64,000 bases of DNA from NCBI GenBank assembly GCA_051294375.1, contig CM119270.1:10560766-10624765 (forward strand), given 5' to 3'. Under the pieces are notes generated by a model. The model made no database searches and was not told the DNA's origin. It worked only from the letters and a program-made list of their open reading frames with translations. The position numbers and the translations under genes were made by a program. This document shows, one piece after another, positions 36,671 through 55,643 of this stretch (position 1 is the stretch's first letter; every line of letters begins with the position of its first letter). The DNA comes from Paraspadella gotoi (lineage: Eukaryota; Animalia; Chaetognatha).

Positions 36671-38289
36671 TTTTTTTCTCAGTCTTTTGAGTTTTGAGTC
36701 ATTCCTATTTTCTTTTCTGGCTGGGAAATCATATAGAATCTGTTTCTTCGTCTCCAAAAATCATTTTTTCCAAATACCTTTGTTTAATCGTCAGATTCCA
36801 AAACAAAATCGCGGAATTTGATTCCCAATTTTCCGTTTCTTTCTTCTTTTATAATTTTTAATATATATTATTGTAATTTTTTTTCTTCCATTTCTCCTTT
36901 CTGACGAATAATGTATTTCCAATTTTCTTACATCTTTACTTTATTACTATTTTTTTCTATTTTTAAACCATTTTCACTCTTTCCTTACTTGCTTTTTTCC
37001 TTTTTTAATTTTTATTTTATCTGTTTTAGATTTATCTTTACTCATTGGCCAATGTTTTGAGAAAATTTTCAGATTTTTTAACAAACAAAGAAACAAATAA
37101 AAAACAACAAAAGGCAATTTTATTCAACATGATTGTCGTTCTTATGAAAGTTGCAAAATTACTTGTTTCACTATCTTTATTTTTTATTTTTTTATTTTTT
37201 AGATTTAAAATAACTATTATTTATAATTTTATTTATATGATAAAATATTTTGGGGTTAAATATTTAAATATAATATTATTTATTTGTTTGGGATGGGGAC
37301 GTTAGTGTTGTCTTCTGGAAATAGAGGGTGCATCTACACAACACAAGGTTAGATTACTTTCTGTTCCAGTTTCCTCATAGATGTCGTACATCATTCCTGT
37401 TGGAAAATCATTAATGATAATTTCTACAAGGCCGAACAAAAATGGGGGAAGGGATAATTTTTGGGGATTAAGGTTATATTGTATGATTATTTATCATAAG
37501 GATAAGACTACATAGTAGAATTGTACGTTCTGATAGGGTTACATACTGGGGAAAGTTTTATACGAGCACCTTTATATTTCGAATGTAATATTAAAATGTT
37601 TTTTTAAAATTTATTTATATATATTTCTATCTTGTTTTTTAAGTAAAATAGAAAGGTCATCAATTGGGAACCTGTACCCTTCATGGATTTCGGCTCTTTA
37701 ATCCCAATATCCGATATACCATATCCAATATATATTAGATTTTCTATTTGATTGGTGCATCAAAAAAAATAATAATAATAATTTGATGAATTCGTCAAAT
37801 GACGGTGATGTTTGCCGACTTCGACTTCGACTACTATACTACAGGGACGACAGCGTAAAGTTAAATAACATCTCAATTTCTTTGCCTACATGTTTTGCTA
37901 ATTTGCTTAATTTGTATCATTTGTATCAAGGAAATAACATAATATCATTTTTTAAAAATATATTTGAATTTTCCTTTGATCCAAAGATATCCGTTTTTTA
38001 AAGAGTGATTAAGACTAAAATGATGCTAACATTTTATCCTTATTTTAATTTATAACGCGGTTCCGAAGTAATAAAAGCTTTTTTGGCCCGGTTATTTATT
38101 TTCATTTAAAGTATCATAACTCATGACTTGAATAGTTTTTTTCGTCGTCGTCGTCTTTTTCTGATTTTTCATCTTTTTCGTCGTCGTCGTTGTCATAGTC
38201 TTTTTACAATTTACATTCTTCGTCTTGTCTCTGTAATCAAATTCGTGGAAACGAGTAACACCGGATGGAGTTTCCGATTATTTTAGACT

Positions 38290-38367
<78 letters not shown>

Positions 38368-38544
38368 TTCAACACCTCTATTCATTCTTCCTTCTATTTT
38401 TCCCCTCCTTTCCGCTTATAAAATTCCTTTCTTTTTTCATTTCCTTTACTTTTCTTATTCAATTTTACCTTTTTCCCCTCTACCGCCTCTATATGTTTAT
38501 ATTGTCTATAACTCTTCATATTTCTTATTTTTCCTTCATTTTTT

Positions 38545-39443
38545 AGTCGGGTCTGCTTATCCGCAGATCCCGATTCTATAATCTACTTTGTCGGTCCGTC
38601 GGTCCGGTCCATCTGTTCGTCCGTCCATCCATCCGTCCGTCCGTCCGTCCGTCCATCCGTGTGTGGGTAGGGAAGTGAGTGATTGAGCTGGATATGAATT
38701 TTCGATGGAATCGTCTATTTCACTATTTGAAAGCCAATTACTCATGAGTGGATGGGGCAATTGACTTGAATTTTTTGTATGTTCACGATTAAGCTGGAAA
38801 TTAAATTTCAATGGAATCGTTTTAGTGGAAATGAGATTAAATGGAAAAACAAAAAACCTGTTTCACTGATTGATCATGCTTCTTTTTCTTTTTATATTAA
38901 ATGTAATTAATTAATAAAATAATTAACCAGTTAATTAATCAATTAATTAATCAATTGTGGCGGTATATTCACACCGCCTCACGTCCACCATCCTTAAGGG
39001 GAACACACCATCCCAGGCGTAGTGTTCCATCCACGGTCCTAACAACTTCCCTCTGCGTTGGCAAAGCGAGAACGTCCTAGGGTAACCGTGCCAGTGACTC
39101 GATGCGTCACTGAGGGTCGGAACCCCCCAAAGCCAACAGTGAGATGCCCCATCCCAATGGGCATCACAGGCAACTCGGCTGTTGCCATACAATGATAAAT
39201 AGATAAATAAATAAATTTATTTATCTATTAATTAATTATTTACTCAATCGATTTATTTAATTAATTAATATGTAATCAATCAAGTAAGTCAATCTTTATC
39301 GACATTTATGTCGTCGTCAGTGACTAAAAGACCTAAAAACAAACATTTCGAAAAAATTAATTAATTAATTGCCTAATTAATTGATAAATTAATTACCGCT
39401 AATCATCGTGAGCAGATCCGACATTGTTTGCTCAAACTTGTTC
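38545..39443 (-). mobile_element. DINE-1/HINE-like element (reverse orientation) interrupted by a family C element
   Basis: Hairpin gtctgcttatccgcagat at the left end, (GTCC)n array, and gcagatccgacattgtttgctcaaacttgtt (reverse complement of the head) at the right end. Confidence 0.7.
38956..39189 (+). mobile_element. Family C mini-element, decayed copy
   Basis: Ends TGTGGC...GCCATA with CAAT duplicated at 38952-38955 and 39190-39193. The A-box segment is deleted. The twister at 39057-39137 has pseudoknot-breaking changes (GAACG, TCGGAACC). Confidence 0.85.
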
Positions 39444-39614
39444 TTACTCCAACTTACTCCCTTTTTTCATATTCTGACTTTCAACTCATTTTTGAATGTC
39501 ATCATGAAATCATTTTTGACCCGGAAAAAGGAGAAACCCCAAAATTTTTTATTCGTTCAGGTCAAAACCGGAAAAGACCCGGCGTAACTCTCGAGAAAAA
39601 ATCATGAAAGGGAT

Positions 39615-39678
<64 letters not shown>

Positions 39679-40019
39679 TATCGTACGTATATTTTAGGTA
39701 GTTCTGACGAAATTAAAAATACAGAAAAAAACATACTTTTATTTTGAAACAAAAATCAATGTCAACAAATCAACTAAAATAGTCTTAAAAACTGTTTTTC
39801 TGGAAAGATAAAAAATCCCACAATAAAATTTTGTTTTGAAATAAAAGGGACAAGCAAAAAAAAACTGAAAAATGGGTCAGTCGCTTGAACTGTAAATTTA
39901 AATTTTTTTCATTTCAAATAACAGTACGGAATCAACGCTCTATATTTTTGTCATGGAGAAAAAAAACTAGATTAGGTTTACGAGAATGATCTCCTTTCTC
40001 TCTCTCTCTTCTCTCTTCT

Positions 40020-40081
<62 letters not shown>

Positions 40082-40754
40082 TCTCCCAAATTTCTAATTT
40101 CCTCTCCGCTCATGAAAATTTAATCCTCAAAACCGGAGAAAAAGGGGGAGAAAACTTTTTTTTGTACGACATCGTGATTTCTTTCTTTTCTGGTTTTATT
40201 CCACATTTTTTCCTTCTTTTTTCCCTTTTTCTCCTTTCTCCTTTCCCTTTTTTTCTTTCCCCTTTCTCTCTTTTCCCATCGTTTTTCCCTTTTTTTTTTT
40301 TTTTTTGAGTCAATCTTCAATTATCCACGATTTGGCCCAAATTTTCCGTCGGAACACAATTTGTCGTCAGCCGAGAAATTCTTTTCAATCGCGCGATTCC
40401 TTCATTTCTCTATGAGTCGAGAATTTTCCATTGAGCGCTCTTTCCAAGTTTTTCCTTTTTTTAAAAGTCCAATTCGTCGGAGCGCGTCGCCGTTTCGTTT
40501 GAGTGCGGATTACTAATTAATTTTGTTGCTGAAAAGAAGATAGTGGCACAGATCACAGATCAAGTTGAATACAAACTTTTCAAATGATATTAAAACGAAC
40601 CTCATCTATCGACGCGTCTAATAACTATTTAAAAGAATAAATTAAAATATAATAAAGTATGAGTTTTCTCTTGACCCTGCTGACTTGAATTACTGTCAAC
40701 TTATATACATAACATCGTAAAACTCTCACCAAACAAAAAATATTTACTGACCTC

Positions 40755-40895
40755 GACTCAAGTTCAGCTTCCATCCTCTTGCATTGTCAGTATTTATACA
40801 GAGCCATCGGATCATCGACATGGGTTCTTTTCCCGATGGCATGAAGCCCCTCTTCTCATTGGTTGATTCCGGAGGTGATTCATCCAATCAGTGAG
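40755..40895 (-). promoter_or_regulatory. Candidate Pol II promoter: two CCAAT boxes, a TATA box and a nearby splice donor
   Basis: CCAAT motifs in opposite orientations at ~40858 and ~40885, minus-strand TATAAATA at ~40797-40790, then GAG|gtcagt at ~40753. Confidence 0.35.
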
Positions 40896-41418
40896 TCCTT
40901 GGTTGATTTCATCCGAGTCTCTGATCCGGTTTGATTCCGATAAGAATCCGAATCGATTCCTTGGTTTAGATTCCACCTTTGATGGTAGTAAATGTTTAGT
41001 ATTTTCTAAGCCGAACGGAGACGAACGTTTTGAAATGTTTTAACGTGAGTTCATGTAAGAGATGTTGAAGAAAAAGTATCGAGTTTTTATTACTTTATTT
41101 CTTGTAAAATATTATATAAAATATTATTACTTTATTTCTTGTAAAAAATCCCTCACACGAAAATCGAAACGGGAAAACAATGAACGCGAATTTTGGCCGT
41201 ACGTAAAATTGGCCAAGGGAAAAATTGGCTAAACGGTAAAAGAGAGTCGAAACATCTTTCACATGCATAAAGTAAGACATATTTCAATAACGTGTCTTAT
41301 GATGCAGCCGAGAAAAGAGTGAAAAAAATATTTCAGAAACCAGATCAATGTAATGACAAAGAAAAAAAAAGATTTTTAAAGTTTTAGAAAAAAAAAACCA
41401 CTCAAAAACGCAATTCAG

Positions 41419-41504
<86 letters not shown>

Positions 41505-41725
41505 CTGACAGACGGAATCCATTCCAATGGTTCAGAATAACTCTGAAATAACAACTACGGGTCTCGAAAAATATTTTACTCCATTTCTCCAGATTTTCTC
41601 TCTTTTTTTTCACGACCCTCATTGTGTTTGTTATGTGTCTTTCCGTTTTTTTTCAGTTATTTTCTCGAATCTCGATTCCTTGTCTTTTTTTTTCTCTTTG
41701 TTCAAACTTCTTCTCGTTTGTTCCA

Positions 41726-41818
<93 letters not shown>

Positions 41819-42012
41819 TTCTCCTTTTAAAATTCTTTTTAATAAAATTCACGAGAAAATCTCGGTTGAATTTGTCCGAAATCTCGTTGTCCACTTTGAA
41901 CGTAAATCATGGAGACTTCTAAGTTTGGGAAATTTAAACGACAGTATTTTTTCGAAGGAGAAAAAATAAAACTTTTTTCCCTTCTCCGTCTCTCTTCTCT
42001 CTCCTCTCTCTT

Positions 42013-42066
<54 letters not shown>

Positions 42067-42298
42067 AAACGAGATATTCATATCAGTCATCAGGTTTTTT
42101 TTCCCCTCCGAGATTTGATTCTCCGCGGCAATTTCGTTTATTTCCATTTTTTCCCTTTTATTTGAGTTTTTTTACTCTTTTCAGTTTTAATTGTTCATTT
42201 TTTGTGTGTTTATGTTGTCGGCGGCGCGATGTTAATTATGGCTTTCCGTTGCGCTTGTTTGATTTCATCTAAACAAGTTGGGATAGGAGTGAGAAGAG

Positions 42299-42342
<44 letters not shown>

Positions 42343-43205
42343 CAATAGAACAATTGCCATCGTTCTTTGGTCCATGCGGTCCTCAAAAAATGAGGAGGAA
42401 AAATCCAGTCAAAATGAAAATAAAAATTATTAAATAAAGAAACCAGGAACGTTTTTACCAAGGTGTTTCCCCGCATTACTTTTCTTTTTACTTATCATGT
42501 CATTTATATAGTTATAAGATTTCTTTAAAAACAAAAGGCGGCGCCAGAAGTCACTTAGATTTGATTTTTAACAAATGAGCAACAAACTATAGGCAAGTTA
42601 TAAGCGTTTTTAACGTAAGTGGGACAGACCGACGGACAGACATAATGACGGACCGACCGACCGACCGACCGAAAAGTGACTTATAGAGTTGCTCCGCGAG
42701 TACTCGCGGCGCAACTAAAGAGAAGATTGAAATCATCAGTGACGTATTACATATAAAATGTATAAAGTCATACACCGGAAAAAATATTTAAAAAATGCAA
42801 TTATACATATGAAATAAAGTTGAGAATAAAATAATTATGATAAAACAGTTAAGAATTTTAGAGAAAACACAGATACTGGTTTTAATTTTTACAGTTTGAA
42901 AGGTGACTATTTTTTGTTTATTATTTACACAGATTTCGAAAGGAAAACTCGTAAAAATTGACCTGAAATATTGACAAAATAATTTTTCCTTTCCTAAAAT
43001 GATATATGAATTAAAGGGAATAAAACAGTCTAAAGATGAAACTTCGTCGTCACCAAAATTGAGTAAACTGTATAGCTAATTTTTATTTTATTTTTATTCT
43101 TTTTAATGACATCTCTGAACAGAAGGATTTGTTGTCACGGATATTTAAATTTTGTTCTATTTATTTTCATGGTTTTTGCTCTTGAGAAATTTTCTAGTAA
43201 ATATA

Positions 43206-44150
43206 CATGGTGACAATTTTACAAGCGCCGGTAAAAATACGCTGTCATTTGCAAACCAGTGGTTATTTCATTGATTTTAAAAATTAGTTGAGTAGAACAT
43301 ATTAAGGTCATTTATGTGTTCAAATTTTATATTGATCAGTTAAGATATGCCTTGGCAATGAGTGGAGAAAGTTGGTTTGTAAAATCGGGTTTCATTTTCC
43401 AACTCACTGTTTTTAAATTCTTTTTTTTCAACTTTTGGCTCTTATTTTAAACAAAGTATTTATTAAGATATTAACAATATTAATATCCTCAGAAAGCCCT
43501 TAAAAAAATGAAGAGAATGAGATACTAACGAAAGCTTTAACATAAAAATTTATTTATTAATTTAAGAGAGTAAAAAGTTAATTATCTAAAATTTCAAATT
43601 TTTTAAAAAAATATATGACCTGTTTAAATTATTATAACATAAAATATTATTATTTATATAAGTATCATGAAAGAGCCTGAAAAAAGGAGATTTAAGATAG
43701 CCAATCACAAATTGATAAAAATCTTAAATTTACCGTCCAGCTATTGATTTTTAAAAAAAGTCTTGTTTTTGAGTATCCTAATTAAATTAAAACTGGGCCA
43801 GTTAAATTTTATACTATAGTATTTGCAAGTATGTCATTCTCTTTAGATTTGAAAGGGCTTTCAGAAGATAATAATATTAATATTATTTTATTTTAAATTT
43901 TTTCAGAAAACTTAATGAAAGTAAGAAAAAAAAATTGAATATAAAAAATTGAGTTAGAAAATGAAACCCGATTTTACAAGCCAACTTTCTCCACTCATTG
44001 CCAAGGCATATCTTAACTGATCAATATAAAATTTGAACACATACATGACTTTAATATGTTCTACTCAACTAATTTTTAAAATCAATGAAATAACCACTGG
44101 TTTGCAAATGACAGCGTATTTCTACCGGCGCTTGTAAAATTGTCACCATG
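43206..44150. mobile_element. 945-bp MITE with ~200-bp TIRs (Tc1/mariner type)
   Basis: catggtgacaattttacaagcgccgg... is mirrored almost perfectly at ~43950-44150. TA on both flanks; AT-rich non-coding interior. Confidence 0.92.
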
Positions 44151-44499
44151 TAGTATTCTGTCAGTGTCGATTACAATCCCGACGGCGTCGACGACGACGT
44201 CGACGACGACGAAAACGACGACTCTTTTCACGTTCCTTTCCCTCATTATTACATTAATTCGCTGGGAAATCGGATAATTTTCTGCCGATTTATTTCTCCT
44301 TTCAAGTCCACCGCGAATTCTTAATCGACTGAGAAAAAAAAAGGAAGATACATTCTTTTCATTCTGTTTTTTTTTTATTTCTGCTTCTTTTTCTTAGTTT
44401 TCCCTCTTATTTTTGTGTTTGTGTGTGTCTCTCTGTCTCCTTCTTTCTCTTCCTTGTTTTAATTCTCAGAAAGATAATCTTCTTTCGAATGCCTTTTTG

Positions 44500-44590
<91 letters not shown>

Positions 44591-44890
44591 TTCCGCGTTA
44601 TTTCTCTTCTTTTTTTTTATTAATGCCTTCTCATTCTTATTTTTTTTTTTATATAATCCAAATGATCTCTCTTATCTTTTTTCGTTCTTCTTCCTCTTCC
44701 TCTTCAACCTTCTTTATCCGGCCACCCAAGGCGAAGCCAGTCTCCCTGTCACCCAGCTCTTTACCTTTTTTCTCCCTTTTTTTCCCCTTCATATCCTTCT
44801 TCTCCCCTTTTCCCCGTTGAGTTCCTTCTCTTCCTTTTCTTCCGGTTCCTCTTTCCCTCCTCCTTTCCCTTCTTCTTCCCCTTTCCTCCT

Positions 44891-48964
<4,074 letters not shown>

Positions 48965-51777
48965 ATCGTTCTGACTTCCCTGGCTGGCCCTCGGGTCGCT
49001 TGGTCCGAGGTCTTTTTTCGTCTGCCCGCTTTTAATCAGACCGGCCTTGGCCCGTCCGCTCCTCTTGTCCGCTCGTTTTAAGCCCGTCCCCTTTACTTAC
49101 TTTTTCGATTTCTTCTTTTCAAATTAATTCCCCTCAACCACATTCTCCGACAAACTTAGCTATTATTTTAAAATTTTGTTTCTTCACTTTATTGACTATA
49201 TTTTTTTCGGTTTCCTTCTGTTCCAAACCCCAGTTTCCTATCCTTGCGAATGTTTCCTAAACCAATACATAAGTCCGATTCTGAGTATCGAAATTACTTC
49301 GATTCGCTATTTCGCCGATCTTATAAGTCGAACTTCGTTTAATTTTTTCCCCGTTTTTTTAATTATTTAAAACTATATTTTAGTATGCTTAGTAATCTAA
49401 AAAAAGCGGCGGATTTTTACTCGTTGCGTTGGCATTTTCTCCACAATTAATTCTCTCCCAATAAAACCCATTAATAATGAGTTTAATATGACCATTGCTA
49501 TTTTCTAAGTTCTTTCTTCTTTCTTGTCGAACGAGTTTTAATTTCGCAAAATAAGAAAAAAATCACGTCTTTCAAGACATCAACGACGATTAGTCATTTG
49601 TTGGGAAACAAGTTGCGTTATCGAATCGATCGGAGTTGGCGATGACGTCATTTGCCATGACGCAATCGTTGATGAGATTTAAAAAGTAGATTTTGGTTAA
49701 GAATCCCGAGATTTGTCTCAAGTTTCTTACTTAGGTTCTATTCGTCTTTAATGACTATTGATAAAAATGACAAACAAATGCTTCTCTAGGGTTACGTCAT
49801 ATTAAAATTCTTCCGGTGAGCTCGTCTTAATACCAGCAATGTCATAATCGAAATGATAGTCTTTTCAGCAGCTGGAATCTGCAGATGTCAACTGATTATT
49901 CGACATCTGGACCACTCAATTTAACCCGTTAGTTTCATACTAACCTAAAAATTTTAATATTCTACTTGCATACTTTGCTTTAGCTATACGACTGACCGGT
50001 TTTTGTTTACCTTGTTCGATCTACTGGATCATAATATTATTTTGGCCTAAGTGACACAATTTTATCAAACGTTTCGCGGTCACAATTTTTCATAAAACTT
50101 CCATCAGCTCGGACCCGTGATTTTCTCCTTCCGAGGGAAATTTTTCCTGACCCCAAATCTGCGTTCACATTCCCGTCATTCCCCCAGTCTGGTCAGTGGC
50201 CACAATCCCTATCCCGATGCCCGTATAACGTTATTTCACCAAAAGCTGTCTCGTCACGTGACCCGCCATCGAGCCTTCCATTTTTCCCCTTTGTTTTTTC
50301 CAAATTCGCCTTTTGTTCTTTTCCTGTTTTTTTTTTGTCTGCATCTCATTAAGATTCTGCCACCGATTTACCTTTTCGCCTTTTTATGTCTCGCGATCGA
50401 CAGCGATCGACACTCGTGTTTTATTCATAACCATTGTTTTTTCTTTTTTTTTTATCTCTTTCTTTGTTTTCTTGCGCGCAATTTTATTCTTTTTTTATTT
50501 AGTTCCTCTTTCGTGTCGACGTCTCTTGCTCGAGGTCAAGTCATAGTCAAGTCGGGGTCAACGCCCGGGACACCGGATGTCGACGCGACAATGGAGGGAA
50601 TGGTTCCATGGGAAGAGAAAAGGGGGGAGGGGGCGAAGGGGGGAGTGAAAGCCTCGTGAGTCGCGCGGGAAATAAGAAAGAACAAAAAAAAATGACCAAC
50701 CCTTAAGCCAAAGCTGTGAAAATGGAAAAAAGCCATAATCGGGCGAGACGGTCTCTCTCGCTCTCTCTCTCTCTCTCTCTGTCACTCACGCGTTTAAGGC
50801 GAGACTGGCAATTCACGATTCCGATCGATCACTTGACCTCCTAATCGATTCCGCGGTCAACTTGGGTCAACGATCGGCTCTATCACGGATTTAGATTTAA
50901 AATTTTGAGGGAGATTTTTGGAAACTGTGTCTCTATGTAGGTATCTATCTATCTATCGAATTATATTTCTATTTATTTGTTTATATATTTATCAATCCAA
51001 CTATATATCCATACATATTAAGGCGGGCCAAAATTGAACACTTTTTATAACTTCTAATTCTCTCAAAAAAATTTCTTTTTTCCTTCTATTACTAAATCGA
51101 TTTTCAATGCAACTTTTTGAATTAGTTCATTGGGTTGTTGCACTGAAGCTTTTAAATATTTATTAATACATAACAAATTACAAAAATTTTTTAAAAAAAT
51201 TATTTTTTAAGAATGGATTCTTATAGAGCTTGAAAAATTAAATGAAAGTTAGTACTACATTTTTTTAAAAATTTTGACATGAAATTGGTTAAAAACAAAA
51301 AAACGTTAAAAAATCATCATCATCATCATCATCATCATTGGCTGAATTTTATGGTTTTTTTAAATTTTTATCAATAAAACAAACAAATTTTAAAAATTTA
51401 TATTAATAACTTTTAAAGCTTTATCAGAATCTATCAAAAAAAATGGAAAAATTCAAAAAATTTTTTTAACTTTATATAGTAATAAAATAATCTTTAAAGA
51501 CTTCCGTGCGCTTATTAATGAAATAATTTTTTTAAATTATTTTTATTTTCATATTCTCTAACAGTCACTTTACCATTATTTATTTGAGAGAACTTCTAGT
51601 TTTCAACCTGTTCCGGCCTAATATATATCTATATATCCAATTGGTCTTTATTCATGTATGTGTTTATATAGCTTATATAGCTTTTCCGGAATTCCATGAA
51701 ATTAAGAAGAAAATGTTTTCTTCCACCAATTTCTCCTTTTTTTTTCAATTTTTTACCTCTTTAACTTTCTCCTTTCT

Positions 51778-51821
<44 letters not shown>

Positions 51822-52418
51822 GAATGGGTTCGAACCCCAAGTCGCATTTAAATGTTTTTCTTTTTTCCAAATTCCTTGATTTTCGTCTCATGTGAGGTCT
51901 CTGTTCTCCTTTGGATATTCCTGAGACGCTCAAGTTCGCGGTACAGTGGTCATCGCTTCAACCGAGAGTTAAAATTGAAAATAGGCATCAGTTTCTGAGC
52001 TCTGGGGTTATTTTATTGTTTATTCATCATAAATTTAGTTATTTTTTATTTTTTAGCTTTTCTAATCTTACAAAATCATCTACAGGGACTTCCCTCTGGA
52101 CTGATGCAAAAAACTTGTAATATAATCGAAACGAAGAGCGATCAGGTTATAAAATTATTTTGTACTAATATAAAAATACTTTATTTTTGTTTTCCACCAA
52201 TTAGCAAAATTTTAGCTCGGATAGTTTCTATGTTATAAGTTTTTTTCATGCTTCATTTTTTTTATTAAAAAGATACTGTAGTTAATGTATCACGAACCAG
52301 AATACAACAAAATATCTCTAATATGAATAATATTTGATTATAATCATCATGTTTTCTCTTTAAAATATATTAAAAATAAAAATTTCAACTAGAAAAACAT
52401 ATTAAAAATAATTACTTC

Positions 52419-52670
52419 ATTGATAAATAATAGTTACTATAATAGTTACTATAAGTTAGGTTTTAAATAAAAAATTTTTATAATAATAAGTCAACAAACT
52501 TACTTTTTATCACCATTTTTTAAATTTTTATATTTTATATTTTATATTTATATATCTTTATATGATTACTTTATTGATAAATAATAGTTTCTATAATAGT
52601 TACTATAAGTTAGGACATAAAAAAATTTATAATAATAAATCAACAAACTTACTTTTTATCACCAATTTTT
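52419..52670. repeat. Local direct duplication (~100-bp core, ~155-bp period)
   Basis: attgataaataatagtt...caacaaacttactttttatcacca occurs twice. Confidence 0.85.
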
Positions 52671-53931
52671 TTATTTTTATATCAGATAACTGTACAATCA
52701 GCATTCAAAATTAACTGTTTAAATGTGGAGGTTCAGCTCTAATGGGGCTAACTTCAAGTGCTTACAGCATAAAAACGGATTAAGATAAAGAGGAAAAGGG
52801 ACTATATTTAGAAACTAGGCTAAATTTTCTTTTAATCGATATCCAAAACGTCTGAAAAATTCAACAGCAAATACTGTAATTAAAGCTTTTTATATTAATG
52901 TCCAAATTCTTTGCGCCGCTTCCTTACAAAATTTGGGGAAATTTTGCTAAAAATTAAGATAAAGGATAACAACTATTGACTTTTGGCCGCGCAGTTTTTC
53001 TGACTCTCATCCCCCTAATTTATTAAAATGTAGGATTGAGATTAAAAATGTCTCCCAGTGACAGAAATGACAGCATTCCCAATGGGCGTGGTCAGAAAAG
53101 CATATGCCGCCTTCTCTAAACCTTTGAAGAAGGACATGGTTGCCGATGGTAAATCTTTTTAATTAATTATATTTTTATTACAATTTTTTACAATTTTACT
53201 AATTTTTATTCATTTATTTTTTTATTTACACGTCCAAACAATTTTTTAAAGCTAGTCCCAAAAGAGCTGGACCTCCCTCTATACTGTTTTTAGGTCAAAA
53301 TAAACATCAAATAGTTTTCTAACTAATAAATGTTTTAAAAATAATATATACTGACGAGTTTAATCAAGTCTTTTCATATCACTTTAGTTGAAGTCATTGT
53401 ATTCTAAGCATATTGAAAAACTCGATTTTATTTATTCTTGAGAATTTTTTTTTTCGGTATATTGATATTAAATGAGCAACGTAAAACTTCTTTAAAGGTT
53501 AACACCAAAAATATTAAGAGAATAAAAACAATAAAATTATCTTCTTTTCTTTTGTCTCAGTCATCACTGTAGGCTTCGTCTGGTTTCCTTCACTTCGTTT
53601 ACATTCTTTAATTTCGCATTTGCGGTGGATTTGAATCGATAATCCCCTTAACCTCGATTCGTCTCCCATCGTCGAATTAATCCGAGTAAAACATTTTCTT
53701 TCTCTCGATTAAATAGCAAAAAACTTTTTCCTTTTTGCTGCAATTTTCTTTATAATCAAGTTTCCTTTAGTTTGTCCTAACTATTTTCTCTCTTGGTTAG
53801 CGTCTTACTTTTATAATCTTTATGGAAAATGAAACAGTTTGATCAAAAGTATGAGTCTTATTCTTTTTGCACGTATTATTTCTTTTTTCTGTTAATGTAA
53901 CAGAAATTGTTGTTACAAAATTTGGCGACTA

Positions 53932-54829
53932 CAAATCTGGTAAAAAAAGTTTAAACTTTAAACCCCCTACTTGCCTGATGTCCTATTATTTATTCAAAAG
54001 CCAAGAAAAATATCTTTCATACGAACCCTTGACCAGGTTTTTAGGCTAAATATTATAAAAGCTGTAATAAAATAAAAAAAAGGATTAAAATTATGTCTTA
54101 CAATTTCCTTTTTTTTCTAAAAAGAATTTGTATCCATATTTTTTGTGTGTTTTTTTGTGTTTTTTTACCATTGAAACTTCAAAACAGCTGAACACCAAAA
54201 AGAAAGCTGCAATTGTTGAGCTTTGGAAGGCGGGTTTATCAAGATATAAGATCGCCAAACAGTTTCATTTCTCTCCTACAGAGTTGTCAACAAATTTGAA
54301 GCAACTGGAGACCTTGAACGAGCTGTTGGAAGCAGGTGGCCTTGCATGTCCAAGGAGAGCAAGGACGATGACGTGGAAAGTCTTGCAATTTAAGACCGTA
54401 AGGCTTCTGCAAGCCAGTTGAGAAAAAAAAGGAGAGATGAGAAAGTGTTGCCAGTCGTTCAACAGTGAATGGGCGGCTTTTCCTTCCTGGATACAATGCC
54501 AAAAGGCCACCAAAAAAGTTATGAGGAAAATGGGATCCAGGCTGACTTGAAGGTGGCCCGGAAACTCCCCTGACTGCAACATCATCGAAAATGTCTAGTC
54601 AAGGATAAAAAGGGATATACGTAACAGTCCACAAAATCAAGAAAATTTTAAAATGCATTTATGCATTCATATATGCGCAGCCTCTACAACTCTTTCCCTA
54701 ATTGCAGAGAGGTGGTGCTGAAGCATATTAACGTATTAATTAACTGAGTCCTTAAAAGTATTATTTTCCTTCAAATAACGAAATAAAATGCTTTTATCAT
54801 AACTATTCCACTTTTTTTGACCATATCCC
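53932..54829 (+). mobile_element. Second, more degenerate deleted Tc1-family copy
   Basis: Homologous to 21316-22792 without the inserts. Contains KKKAAIVELWKAGLSRYKIAKQFHFS and WPGNSPDCNIIENV*SRIKRDI. Decayed TIRs with TA flanks. Confidence 0.85.
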
Positions 54830-55584
54830 TAATTCCAATAAATCACGATATTTTTTTTTCTTTCTTTGGCAGATTAAAGATAGAGACCACACAGTCATTA
54901 ACTTTGGCTGATATTTTTTTCTAATTTAAATAAGATGATGCCAGAAAATATAATTTAAAAAAAAGTCATGCTCTCTTTTGCCTCATCTAATCCGCTTTTA
55001 ATCTCAGCGACTCCAAAAATGAGATCAAAAATGTATGCATCCTCATTTTTTTATTTTTCAGTTTTTAAAAGTTTTGTATCCTTTAATTTTTTTTTCAAAT
55101 CCGATTAAATACAAATTCCGAATATTTTTTACCAGTCCAATCGCCTCTATTATTGATACTGGGCCAGAAACAAAAAAAAATTTCCGGAGAGCATCCAACA
55201 ATTTTTTTTAATTCATTTCGAAATAAACCAGTTAAAACAACACGATTATTGATTTATATAATAGTGAGTGTATAAAATTTTAAAATTATAACGCGAAAAA
55301 AAAGAAAGACGATAATTTAATCGGTTTCGGAAACTAAAAGTATTAAAGAATCTACTTTGAACTTCTTTTAATTTTAAAACAGAAAAAAATTATCGGTAAT
55401 CGACTTTTCGCAATAAAAACTTCTCAACATCGAAATCTCCGTTTAGACGAAGCATCAAGAAAAAGCGCTTTTACTTTCGCACCGCATTTTTCTATTATTT
55501 CCAATCACCCATTCTCTCTCATCTCTCTCTCGTCTAGTCTTCATCATGCCTCCCGTCTCTCCCCGTCTCGTCTCTCTCTCGTCG

Positions 55585-55643
<59 letters not shown>

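Noticed and set aside
51016-51622. Possible old mariner-type MITE
   Set aside because: The candidate TIRs (attaaggcgggccaaaattgaa versus ttcaacctgttccggcctaat) match too loosely.
52730-53290. Possible exon or mariner/Tc1-like transposase relic (FWPRSFSDSHP; VTEMTAFPMGVVRKAYAAF)
   Set aside because: Too degenerate: no TIRs and no consistent frame to support a call.
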